Positions 1 to 6,466 of a stretch of 18,494 nucleotides of DNA are shown in pieces. The stretch is from an uncultured Spirochaetota bacterium (lineage in GTDB: Bacteria; Spirochaetota; Spirochaetia; SZUA-6; Fen-1364), in assembly GCA_963745235.1 (NCBI GenBank), contig CAVUXE010000071.1:1-18494 (forward strand), read 5' to 3'. Position numbers and translations under genes: made by a program. Each line of letters begins with the position of its first letter. The first letter of the stretch is position 1. The notes under the pieces were generated by a model. That model was given only the letters and a program-made list of their open reading frames with translations, made no database searches and had not been told where the DNA came from.

Positions 1-44
1 CAGATACTCTACTATATATTATGTCTCATAGGAGGATGTAGAAA

Positions 45-872
45 ATGACAACTACGGAGAATGCGAAAAGGCTTTTGAGCGATCTGGTCGAAAGACTGGA
101 CACGCAGACGATTGCCGCGTTTTGCCGAAAACGGCTTTTCGCCAGCGAGGCAAATCTCCCCATGAACAAATGGAGCCGCCTTAACCAGTTCTCGGCGTTC
201 CTGACCGGCACCAGTGACGCGCGTGGCGTGAATCAGTGGCGGGAGGTTGGACGGTGGCCGCGCAAGGGCTCCCATGCTTTTTATATCCTTGTGCCGATGT
301 TCCGCACCGTCACCAACGACAAGCAGAGCCACAGCCAGGACGACGACCAGGCCCCGGATGAAAAGCAGATCCTTTCGGGTTTTCGCTGCATGCCAGTGTT
401 TCGCGCTGAAGATACCGATGGAAAGGAGCTTGATTATCAGATCGCCTTGAAGGCGTTTGACCCGGGCCGCTTCCCCTTGTATCAGCTTTCCGTTAAGATG
501 GGTGTCACGATCCGCGCGGGACTAACACGGGGCGCCTACGGCTATTTTGCCCCTGACGAGAAAGCCATTACCCTTGGCACCGACGATCCAACGACTTATT
601 TTCATGAGCTTTCACACGCTATTGACGACGCGCTGCCCAACAAGAACGAGGATTACAACTTCAACGAAGTAGTCGCGGAATTGTCCTCTTGCTTCCTTTG
701 CTCGCTCTATAATCTTCCGCATCATGAAGAACATACAAAAGCGTACATCGAATCGTATCAGGGCAAGAGCCCCGTCGCCTTCCAGATCATGAAGGCCGTT
801 GACAGGGTTCTTGAGATTTACGCTTTTATCGAGTCCTCCGAGCAGGAGCCGACCGAAAGAGCCGCGCAGTAG
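45..872 (+). CDS. ardC: ArdC-like antirestriction / ssDNA-binding protein with C-terminal zincin-like metallopeptidase domain
   Basis: 275 aa ORF with AGGAGG RBS at 30-35. The N-terminus has the ArdC-type segment (NQ..ARGVNQWREVGRWPRKGSHAFYILVP..FRCMPVF). The C-terminus has HELSH (HExxH) followed by EVVAELSS. Confidence 0.8.
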   Translation: MTTTENAKRLLSDLVERLDTQTIAAFCRKRLFASEANLPMNKWSRLNQFSAFLTGTSDARGVNQWREVGRWPRKGSHAFYILVPMFRTVTNDKQSHSQDDDQAPDEKQILSGFRCMPVFRAEDTDGKELDYQIALKAFDPGRFPLYQLSVKMGVTIRAGLTRGAYGYFAPDEKAITLGTDDPTTYFHELSHAIDDALPNKNEDYNFNEVVAELSSCFLCSLYNLPHHEEHTKAYIESYQGKSPVAFQIMKAVDRVLEIYAFIESSEQEPTERAAQ

Positions 873-880
873 GGGCTACA

Positions 881-913
881 GTGCGGGGGAGGGTAGGAAC
901 CTTCCCGCCGCAC
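881..913. repeat. GC-rich stem-loop directly after ardC (terminator, RNA-stability element or ssDNA hairpin)
   Basis: GTGCGG-GGGAGGGT-agga-ACCTTCCC-g-CCGCAC inverted repeat, with no U-tract. Confidence 0.55.
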
Positions 914-956
914 ACGAAGCGGACGCCGCGCAGGAAACACAGAGGGAGAGTCAGTC

Positions 957-1145
957 ATGAATAAAGCAGACCAACAGAGGGCAGCCGAGAGGCAATTCCA
1001 GAGCCAGCAAGCAATTTTCAAGATCCTATGCCAGGGTTGCCCTCATAAAGCCATGCCGGGCGCGCGCAGCAGAATACGCGACACCGCCGACACGCTTCGC
1101 GACGCTGACGCGGAAAAAATACTGTCAACACTGCAGACCGCGTAG
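957..1145 (+). CDS. small hypothetical protein
   Basis: 62 aa ORF preceded by GAGGGAG. It is co-oriented with ardC and ends 4 nt before the next ORF. Confidence 0.45.
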   Translation: MNKADQQRAAERQFQSQQAIFKILCQGCPHKAMPGARSRIRDTADTLRDADAEKILSTLQTA

Positions 1146-1149
1146 CGTC

Positions 1150-1620
1150 ATGCAAAACGACAAAGATAAACGCATTTCGGACCTTGAATCACAGCTCGCG
1201 GAGCGTGATATCGCCCTAGATGAGATAAAGCAACGGATGGCCGAATATGCGGCGCGCATTGAAGCCTTCGACAAAGACTTGTCCAATCTTCGTCGCACTG
1301 TGCCGGAATTTCCCACCGTGGCTATTTTTGCGTTCGCAAATTGCATAGAAAAGATCATTACCGATGTTCCTAATCTTGTATGCGTTCTCCTGGACGACGA
1401 CCTAGACTCCCTAGGCGGTGTCGGCATTGCTCCCGAAGACATGCCCTTAGTTCTTGTCCCGCTTCCCGAGGGAAGCGATGTTTGGGCTTACTCATTCGAG
1501 AAGGCCCAATATGATCCTAATACTGTTAGCCACATCGTCAGCTCCACGGGCGTTTCATTAGCTGACGTTCTCGACGCTCTCGACGCACTAGAGAATAATG
1601 ATCAGAGCCAAGAGCCATGA
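1150..1620 (+). CDS. hypothetical acidic protein with N-terminal coiled coil
   Basis: 156 aa ORF with a heptad-like N-terminus (ISDLESQLAERDIALDEIKQRM). No family recognised. Confidence 0.6.
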   Translation: MQNDKDKRISDLESQLAERDIALDEIKQRMAEYAARIEAFDKDLSNLRRTVPEFPTVAIFAFANCIEKIITDVPNLVCVLLDDDLDSLGGVGIAPEDMPLVLVPLPEGSDVWAYSFEKAQYDPNTVSHIVSSTGVSLADVLDALDALENNDQSQEP

Positions 1621-1783
1621 ACGCAGAACAGATCCGGACGCGCTACCCAGGTGGTCGCAGATCAAACGGGGCCGCATAGTAACGGCGCAGGGGTGCGCCC
1701 GTGTTTCGTCAAGCCGAGACAGCGATACTCCTGTGCGGCCTCTTTCTAACGCAGACAACTTTTTCTTCGGCAAATATCTCTCT

Positions 1784-2001
1784 ATGCTTCCTAACCAAGA
1801 CCGGCACAAAACCCCGTCCGGCACCGTCCTCAAGATCATCAACGGCAAGTTCTCCAAGATCAATCTTGACGCGGCGGCAGCTTTTAGCGATATCGACCAG
1901 GCCCGCGCGCAAGTCCTTTACGTCGAAGAGGCACAACAAAAGAAAAGCGCCTTGTTTGCCTTGCCTAGCGGCTGTACCAGGGCATGAGATTTCGCAGCAA
2001 A
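1784..2001 (+). pseudogene. degenerate paralogue of the 6467-6748 gene
   Basis: GTVLKIINGK..AFSDIDQARAQVLYVE aligns with GTVLKIVNGK..AFSDIEQARAQVLYVE. After a frameshift near 1930-1940 another frame reads EKRLVCLA*RLYQGMRFRSK (TAG at 1966-1968), versus EKRLVRLAFRQYQGMRFRGK in the intact copy. Confidence 0.8.
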
Positions 2002-2117
2002 ATGGTCCCTCTCTTATGGCTCCGTGTTCCAGATTTATGAGTATATTGAGTCTTTCGAGGCCCGCGAGGAACAGCGGCAGGCTTGATAACTAGACGGGGC
2101 TTTTTGCTCCACTAAAC

Positions 2118-2141
2118 GTGCGGGGGATATATCCCCCGCAC
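2118..2141. repeat. perfect 24-bp palindrome
   Basis: GTGCGGGGGATA|TATCCCCCGCAC. Confidence 0.9.
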
Positions 2142-2166
2142 CCCCGAGCGAAAGGATGAACAGCAG

Positions 2167-2451
2167 ATGGGATCTAGCAACAAGCATATCGCCTACATCT
2201 ACAAGTGCAAAAACCGCGAGTGCGTTTATTACAAAAAGCCCATTGAATCTGAGAAGGATCCCATCGACCATATTGCCCAGAGTGGCATTACAAAGCTCTG
2301 CGATAAATGCAGCCAGCCCCTTATTCTCTCACGGACCATCTATGATCGTTCCGTCTTTCGCGCCCCAAAACCCGACCTTGATCTCAAAGAGCCTGCTGAG
2401 TATCTCCCTGAAATCCTGCGCCGTAACATAATGAGGAAGCCGAAGCCTTGA
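2167..2451 (+). CDS. small putative zinc-ribbon protein
   Basis: 94 aa with CKNREC and CDKC cysteine pairs and a basic C-terminus. AAAGGA lies upstream. Confidence 0.6.
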   Translation: MGSSNKHIAYIYKCKNRECVYYKKPIESEKDPIDHIAQSGITKLCDKCSQPLILSRTIYDRSVFRAPKPDLDLKEPAEYLPEILRRNIMRKPKP

Positions 2452-2603
2452 GTACGCTCGTGCTACTAACCTTTGCTTGTAGCTCTGTCAACGTGAAGGA
2501 GTGATTCATTACGGAAAGACTATTTTCCCCCTCTGGCGCTGCCCACGCACGGCAGCAGATCCCAGGGCTTTGCCTTCTTCGGGTGGAAATGATGCGCTAC
2601 CTC

Positions 2604-2654
2604 GAGCGACTCGCTCACGCCTCATAGGCGAAATCTAACGCTACGTTGGCGTTA
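2604..2654. other. candidate oriT region of the MOBQ relaxase
   Basis: Two inverted repeats, GAGCGA-c-TCGCTC (2604-2616) and TAACGCTA-cgt-TGGCGTTA (2636-2654), lie immediately upstream of the relaxase. The minus strand next to the second repeat reads TAGATTTCGCCTA, only loosely like MOBQ nic sites (TAAnTGCG^CCCT). Confidence 0.4.
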
Positions 2655-2658
2655 ACAA

Positions 2659-2864
2659 ATGGCGATCTATCATCTACACGTGCAGATCATATCTCGAAAG
2701 AACGGTCGCTCGGCTGTGGCCTGTGCGGCCTTCCGATCCGGAGACCGCCTCCGAGACGAACGCTATGGCGAGGTCCGAAACTACGCTCGCAATAACGGTT
2801 TCCTAGCCAAACGAACGCGGCAGAGCTACATCCTCTCACCCGATGGATCGCCGGAATGGACTAG
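2659..2864 (+). pseudogene. mobA: MobA/MobL (MOBQ) relaxase, 5' fragment, interrupted by IS1182
   Basis: MAIYHLHVQIISRKNGRSAVACAAFRSG is the typical MobA/MobL N-terminus. Homology stops at the CTAG at 2861-2864. Confidence 0.92.
2861..2864 (+). repeat. left target-site duplication (CTAG) of the IS1182
   Basis: CTAG is repeated at 5821-5824. Removing the insert plus one copy restores the relaxase frame (..PEWT-R-DREKLW..). Confidence 0.92.
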
Positions 2865-2951
2865 GAGCCTGTCGGACTTTGGCGGAAGGCGCGCGGGGGG
2901 GGCGGCATAGGGGGAATTCCGGAAATCCGCGCGGCATGGTAGGATTCAGGC

Positions 2952-4271
2952 ATGGCAGAGCGGCTGGTGAACGTGGATCGGGACACGCCGATGCTCCTTC
3001 CTGTGGATCTTCGTCAGTGGGTCCCCGAGGATGATTTGGTGCACTTTGTGATCAGCGCGGTGGATTCGATGAACCTCTCCAGCGTGTCGGTGAACACCCG
3101 CGGCAGCGGCAGCAAACAATATCCACCCCGAATGATGCTGGTGTTGCTGATCTATTGCTACTGCAACGGAGTCTTCGCCTCGCGGAGAATCGAGCGGGCA
3201 ACCTATCGTGACGTAGCGGTTCGCTACCTGAGCGGGGACACCCATCCCGATCACGACACCATCTGCGAGTTTCGTCGAGAGAACGGGAAGGTCGTCAAGG
3301 AAGCATTTGTTGAGGTTCTGCGCCTGGGGCGGCAGATGGGTCTGGTGAAGGTGGGGATGGTCAGCGTGGACGGGACGCACATCAAAGCGAACGCCTCCAA
3401 GCACAAGAGTGTGCGCTATGATCGGGCAGGGCAACTGGAAGAGCAATTGCGCAAGGACATAGAGGAGTTGTTGCAACGCGCGGCAAAAGCAGATGCGGAG
3501 CCTGCTGAGGATGGACAGAAGCTCCCCCCGGAGATAGCACGACGCGAAGCGCTTTTGGAAAAGATGCGCTGGGCTCGCGAGGAACTTCAGAAGCGAGCGA
3601 AGGACGAGGGTGAGAAGCAAGACGACAAGGACAAACCGCAAGGGCCGAAGTCAGGGGGTGAGAGTCCTGTGAAGCAGCCGAAGGACTCTCAGCAGATCAA
3701 CCTCACCGATCCCGATAGCGCCCTGATGCGCAAGAGCCGCCGCGACAGCTACGAACAGGCCTACAACGCGCAGGCGGTTGTGGACGCCGAGGGCAGCCAG
3801 TTGATCCTGGCCACCGATGTCATTGCCACTCCCAGCGACGCGAATCAGCTGGAGGTGGCCTTGCAGAACGTAGTGGAGTCGGTCGGACCTGTGCGGGGGA
3901 TGCTGGCAGACGGGGGCTATGTGAACGCCGAGGCGATTGAGCGCGTTCAGCAGAAGGTGGACCTCTACGTGGCGATCAGCAGTGAGGACAACAGCTATCG
4001 CCGCTACGACTACCGGCCGCCCAAGAAGCGGCCTGCCAAGAAGATCGTGGATCCGCGACTGATCGCCATGCGTGAGAAGGTGACATCTGATGAGGGCAAG
4101 CGCATCTATGGCAGGCGAGCTGCCAGCGTTGAACCTGTGTTCGGTATCATCAAGAGTGCGATGGGGCTGCGGCAGTTTCTGCTTCGCGGCATGGCCAAAG
4201 TGCGCATCGAGTGGGACTTGGCCTGCCTGGCGTACAACGTGAGGCGGCTCTGGAGCCTCTCGACTGCCTGA
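2952..4271 (+). CDS. IS1182-family DDE transposase
   Basis: 439 aa with DUF772-like N-terminus (LLPVDLRQWVPEDDL..YPPRMMLVLLIY..PDHDTI), VDGTHIKANAS, AYNAQAVVD, LADGGY and YGRRAASVEPVFGIIK. Confidence 0.93.
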   Translation: MAERLVNVDRDTPMLLPVDLRQWVPEDDLVHFVISAVDSMNLSSVSVNTRGSGSKQYPPRMMLVLLIYCYCNGVFASRRIERATYRDVAVRYLSGDTHPDHDTICEFRRENGKVVKEAFVEVLRLGRQMGLVKVGMVSVDGTHIKANASKHKSVRYDRAGQLEEQLRKDIEELLQRAAKADAEPAEDGQKLPPEIARREALLEKMRWAREELQKRAKDEGEKQDDKDKPQGPKSGGESPVKQPKDSQQINLTDPDSALMRKSRRDSYEQAYNAQAVVDAEGSQLILATDVIATPSDANQLEVALQNVVESVGPVRGMLADGGYVNAEAIERVQQKVDLYVAISSEDNSYRRYDYRPPKKRPAKKIVDPRLIAMREKVTSDEGKRIYGRRAASVEPVFGIIKSAMGLRQFLLRGMAKVRIEWDLACLAYNVRRLWSLSTA

Positions 4272-4415
4272 AGGCGGGCGAGGTGGGAAAGATCAGCCAA
4301 CGGGCTTTCGCGGGACCGACAGCCTCGCGACGGACAACGGGGCCAACCGCGCGGAAAATGCCCCGCCGTGGGCGCTCGGTGGCCGCTTGGCCACCGCCTC
4401 AGTCCGACAGGCTAC

Positions 4416-4425
4416 TATGATGCGC
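4416..4425 (+). repeat. IS110 sub-terminal inverted repeat (transposase 3' end)
   Basis: TATGATGCGC is the exact reverse complement of GCGCATCATA at 5804-5813. It lies 2 nt from the core. Confidence 0.88.
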
Positions 4426-4430
4426 GTCAA
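4425..4430 (-). promoter_or_regulatory. -35 half (TTGACG) of the IS110 circle-junction promoter
   Basis: In the excised circle the minus strand reads TTGACG-cgcatcatagt-AG-ttgt-TATGAT, a 17-nt spacer. Confidence 0.8.
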
Positions 4431-5524
4431 GCCGCCTCTTGGTTTCCCCCTTTCTTGATTTCCTTCGCATAGTCTCCGAGCTTCTTCTCATAGAGCCTCG
4501 GATCAATCCAGCGGTATAACTCGCGAGACAAGAGCATTCGGCGCATTATGGAGAAGGTCTTGCGCAGTAGAGCGATCCGCGCGCGCCCGTACCCTTTACG
4601 GTCAACCAACTCGCGGTAGAAACGAGCCAGCACAGGAGAGGAGTCCACGAGGTGGATCACCGTCTGGGTGAAGAGGCTGCGGGTTAGTCCTCGGCTACGT
4701 CGGTTGATCGCCCCGTTGTGTGTTACCCCGCCACTGGAGCGCACTGTAGGTACCACCCCCAAGTAGGAGTGTAGCCGCCGGGCGCTCCTGAACCTTGTGA
4801 TGTCTCCCACCTCCGAGAGGAAGGCCAAGGCCAACAAAGGGGTTACTCCGCGGATGCTGATGAGCAGCTTCACTTCGGCCTCAAACGGCCTGCCTGCCTG
4901 GTAGATCGCGCGTTTGAGATTTTCCTTCTGGTCCTGCAAGCTTGCCAGAAGTGCCAGGCTGGTTTTGATGCAGACACGACTTGCCGCGGAGAGCTCTACC
5001 GTCTTCAGAAGCTCCTCTGTTCCAGTAGGATTGTCCACAAGACGGTTTCCCAGCACTCGATCCCTTATCCCGTTGTCTAATAGAACCCCGTGAATCTCGT
5101 TCTTCAATTGACGGATCTGTTTGTTCAACAACTCGTACAGTCCGAAGTACCTTCTCAACTCCCGCACCACTGGTCCCGGCTGCCACACCTCCGGCAGCTT
5201 CATCTCTCCGCTGCGTGAGGCCAGCCACAACGCCAAGGACAGATTGGCCGCGTCCCGTTTGTCCGTCTTTTGCCAAGAGTCGCGGATGATACGGAAGCGG
5301 TAGGCGTCGATCACCGCGCAGCTCGCTCCCTGGTTCTGAATCTTCTCCGCCCAGTACAGCGCTCCGGCAGAGGCTTCCAGCACAACCGCGTCCTCGTTGC
5401 CCAGGCTCGCGACGTAGCCCTTGATATCCACCTGGGTCCGCACAAAACTCTCCTCCGTTCCTCCCTCGTCCCGTACGGAAATCGTTGCGTACTTCTTGTG
5501 CAGATCCACCCCGTAATACCTCAT
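4427..5524 (-). CDS. IS110-family transposase / DEDD recombinase (365 aa)
   Basis: The start is reassigned to the ATG at 5524 (GGAGGGGG RBS). RuvC-like DEDD motifs are YGVDLHK, VVLEAS and KTDKRDA. The Tnp20-type C-terminus reads IRGV..LSEVGDITRF..SYLGVVP.VRSSGG and includes the catalytic Ser. Confidence 0.95.
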   Translation of the reverse strand: MRYYGVDLHKKYATISVRDEGGTEESFVRTQVDIKGYVASLGNEDAVVLEASAGALYWAEKIQNQGASCAVIDAYRFRIIRDSWQKTDKRDAANLSLALWLASRSGEMKLPEVWQPGPVVRELRRYFGLYELLNKQIRQLKNEIHGVLLDNGIRDRVLGNRLVDNPTGTEELLKTVELSAASRVCIKTSLALLASLQDQKENLKRAIYQAGRPFEAEVKLLISIRGVTPLLALAFLSEVGDITRFRSARRLHSYLGVVPTVRSSGGVTHNGAINRRSRGLTRSLFTQTVIHLVDSSPVLARFYRELVDRKGYGRARIALLRKTFSIMRRMLLSRELYRWIDPRLYEKKLGDYAKEIKKGGNQEAA

Positions 5525-5568
5525 GTCCCCCTCCCTTCTCGAAACCCTCAGGGTCCAAACGAGGAGAC

Positions 5569-5801
5569 TTCCTGGAAGGCGCTGGTAACTCCATCCTACT
5601 ATCCAGCATCGCCAGTGGCGTGCTATTTTGTCGGTACGGAACGGCGGTGGGTGGCCTGCCAAACTCTTAGTCGTGGTCGCCGCTCGGGTGCCACAAGCCT
5701 ATAGAAGGCCATCTACCGTCCTCCTCTTGGGTCCCGGGTCTTCGAGGAATTCAGTATACAGCCACCAACCACTTGATCATCAACGCCTTCCGGGAACTGC
5801 A
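5569..5801 (-). ncRNA. putative bridge RNA (seekRNA) of the IS110 element
   Basis: Lies just downstream of the junction promoter. A long closing stem pairs 5796-5781 with 5584-5569. Two stem/internal-loop/stem domains carry loop segments matching the target (CTATAGGCT, CTAAGAG) and the donor junction (GACAA, ATAGTAG). Stems contain G-U pairs only when read on the minus strand. Folded by eye; the ends are approximate. Confidence 0.75.
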
Positions 5802-5803
5802 AG

Positions 5804-5813
5804 GCGCATCATA
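5804..5813 (-). promoter_or_regulatory. IS110 sub-terminal inverted repeat containing the -10 box (TATGAT, 5813-5808) of the junction promoter
   Basis: The minus strand reads TATGATGCGC, 4 nt from the core. It pairs with the -35 at 4430-4425 only after circularisation. Confidence 0.82.
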
Positions 5814-5820
5814 ACAACTC

Positions 5821-5824
5821 CTAG
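5821..5824 (+). repeat. right target-site duplication (CTAG) of the IS1182
   Basis: Identical to 2861-2864 and follows the last base of the reconstructed IRR. Confidence 0.92.
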
Positions 5825-6404
5825 GGATCGGGAAAAGCTCTGGAATCAGGTCGAAATATCCGAAAAGCGCGTCGACTCGCAGCTTGCTCGTCAGTATGAT
5901 ATTGCCCTGCCTATCAGGCTGACCAACGATCAGCAGAAAGCTCTTATCGACGAATTTGCCATACAGGAGTTTGTTTCGCGCGGCATGATTGCCGACGTGT
6001 CCATTCATGACGGCGCGAAAGGCCCTACAGAGAATCCTCACGCCATCATCATGCTCACCACCAGAGAAATCAGACCCCTGGGCTTTGGCAAGAAGGTCAT
6101 GGAGTGGCATGATAGAACGCTTCTCCTTGAAGCTAGGCAGCAGTGGGCGAAGATCGCCAACAGACACATGGAGCTTGCCAGCCTTAAGGATCGAATCGAC
6201 CACAGATCACTCGAGGCCCAGGGAATCGAGCGCCAGCCAGCGGCACATCTGGGGCCGCGTCGGACACGTCTTATTCGCCAGATCGAGCTGCACTTGAAGA
6301 CTATCGAGGATACGATCGAGGCGGAACGCCGAAAGGAAGATCCATTTCTTCCCGACCTCGATACTATGCTAACCGAACTAGAAGCGCAGATCGATCAGCT
6401 CTGA
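5825..6404 (+). pseudogene. mobA: MobA/MobL relaxase, 3' fragment
   Basis: DREKLWNQVEISEKRVDSQLAR..IALP..GMIADVSIHD..NPHAIIMLTTR..RQQWA..N..RIDHRSLEAQGI..HLGP are MobA/MobL motifs. The fragment joins 2659-2864 in frame to give 261 aa. Confidence 0.92.
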
Positions 6405-6428
6405 AATCTCGCGGGGTAAATCAACGTA

Positions 6429-6459
6429 GGCTGACAAAACTTCGTCAGCCAATTATGAT
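6429..6459 (+). promoter_or_regulatory. putative sigma70 promoter overlapped by an inverted repeat
   Basis: CTGACA (6431-6436)-N17-TATGAT (6454-6459), with GGCTGAC-N8-GTCAGCC at 6429-6450. The ATG lies 7 nt after the -10. Confidence 0.5.
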
Positions 6460-6466
6460 ATGTTGC

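Larger units (their letters stand above)
4414..5819 (-). mobile_element. IS110-family insertion sequence (RNA-guided recombinase type) inserted at a CT core in the IS1182 IRR
   Basis: The CT core occurs at both junctions (4412-4413 and 5818-5819). Removing the element restores AGTCCGACAGGCTC-CTAG. It has sub-terminal IRs, a DEDD recombinase and a long upstream non-coding end. Confidence 0.93.
2865..5820 (+). mobile_element. IS1182-family insertion sequence (1550 bp: 2865-4413 plus 5820), right IR interrupted by an IS110
   Basis: IRL is GAGCCTGTCGGACTttGGCGG (2865-2885). IRR is CCGCCtcAGTCCGACAGGCT (4394-4413) plus the final C at 5820, a 19/21 match. The element is flanked by a CTAG duplication and encodes an IS1182-type transposase. 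Confidence 0.92.

Noticed and set aside
1598-2093. ORFs 1598-1987 and 1701-2093 as intact genes
   Set aside because: Only the part from about 1820 has support, as a frameshifted paralogue. The rest has no RBS or homology evidence.
2865-2910. C-terminus of the 83-aa ORF 2659-2910 as a complete small protein
   Set aside because: These codons are IS1182 left-end sequence fused to the interrupted relaxase.
2946-3641. 231-aa antisense ORF in IS1182, plus 4881-5609 in IS110 and the many + strand ORFs within the mcp gene
   Set aside because: Shadow ORFs of GC-rich genes with no recognisable motifs.
5525-5662. 46-aa N-terminal extension of the IS110 transposase in the ORF track
   Set aside because: The DEDD domain starts at MRYYGVDLH (ATG 5524, strong RBS). 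The extension overlaps the structured non-coding end.
5628-5824. N-terminus of the 258-aa ORF 5628-6404
   Set aside because: Fortuitous read-through from IS110 sequence. Relaxase homology begins only after the CTAG at 5821-5824.
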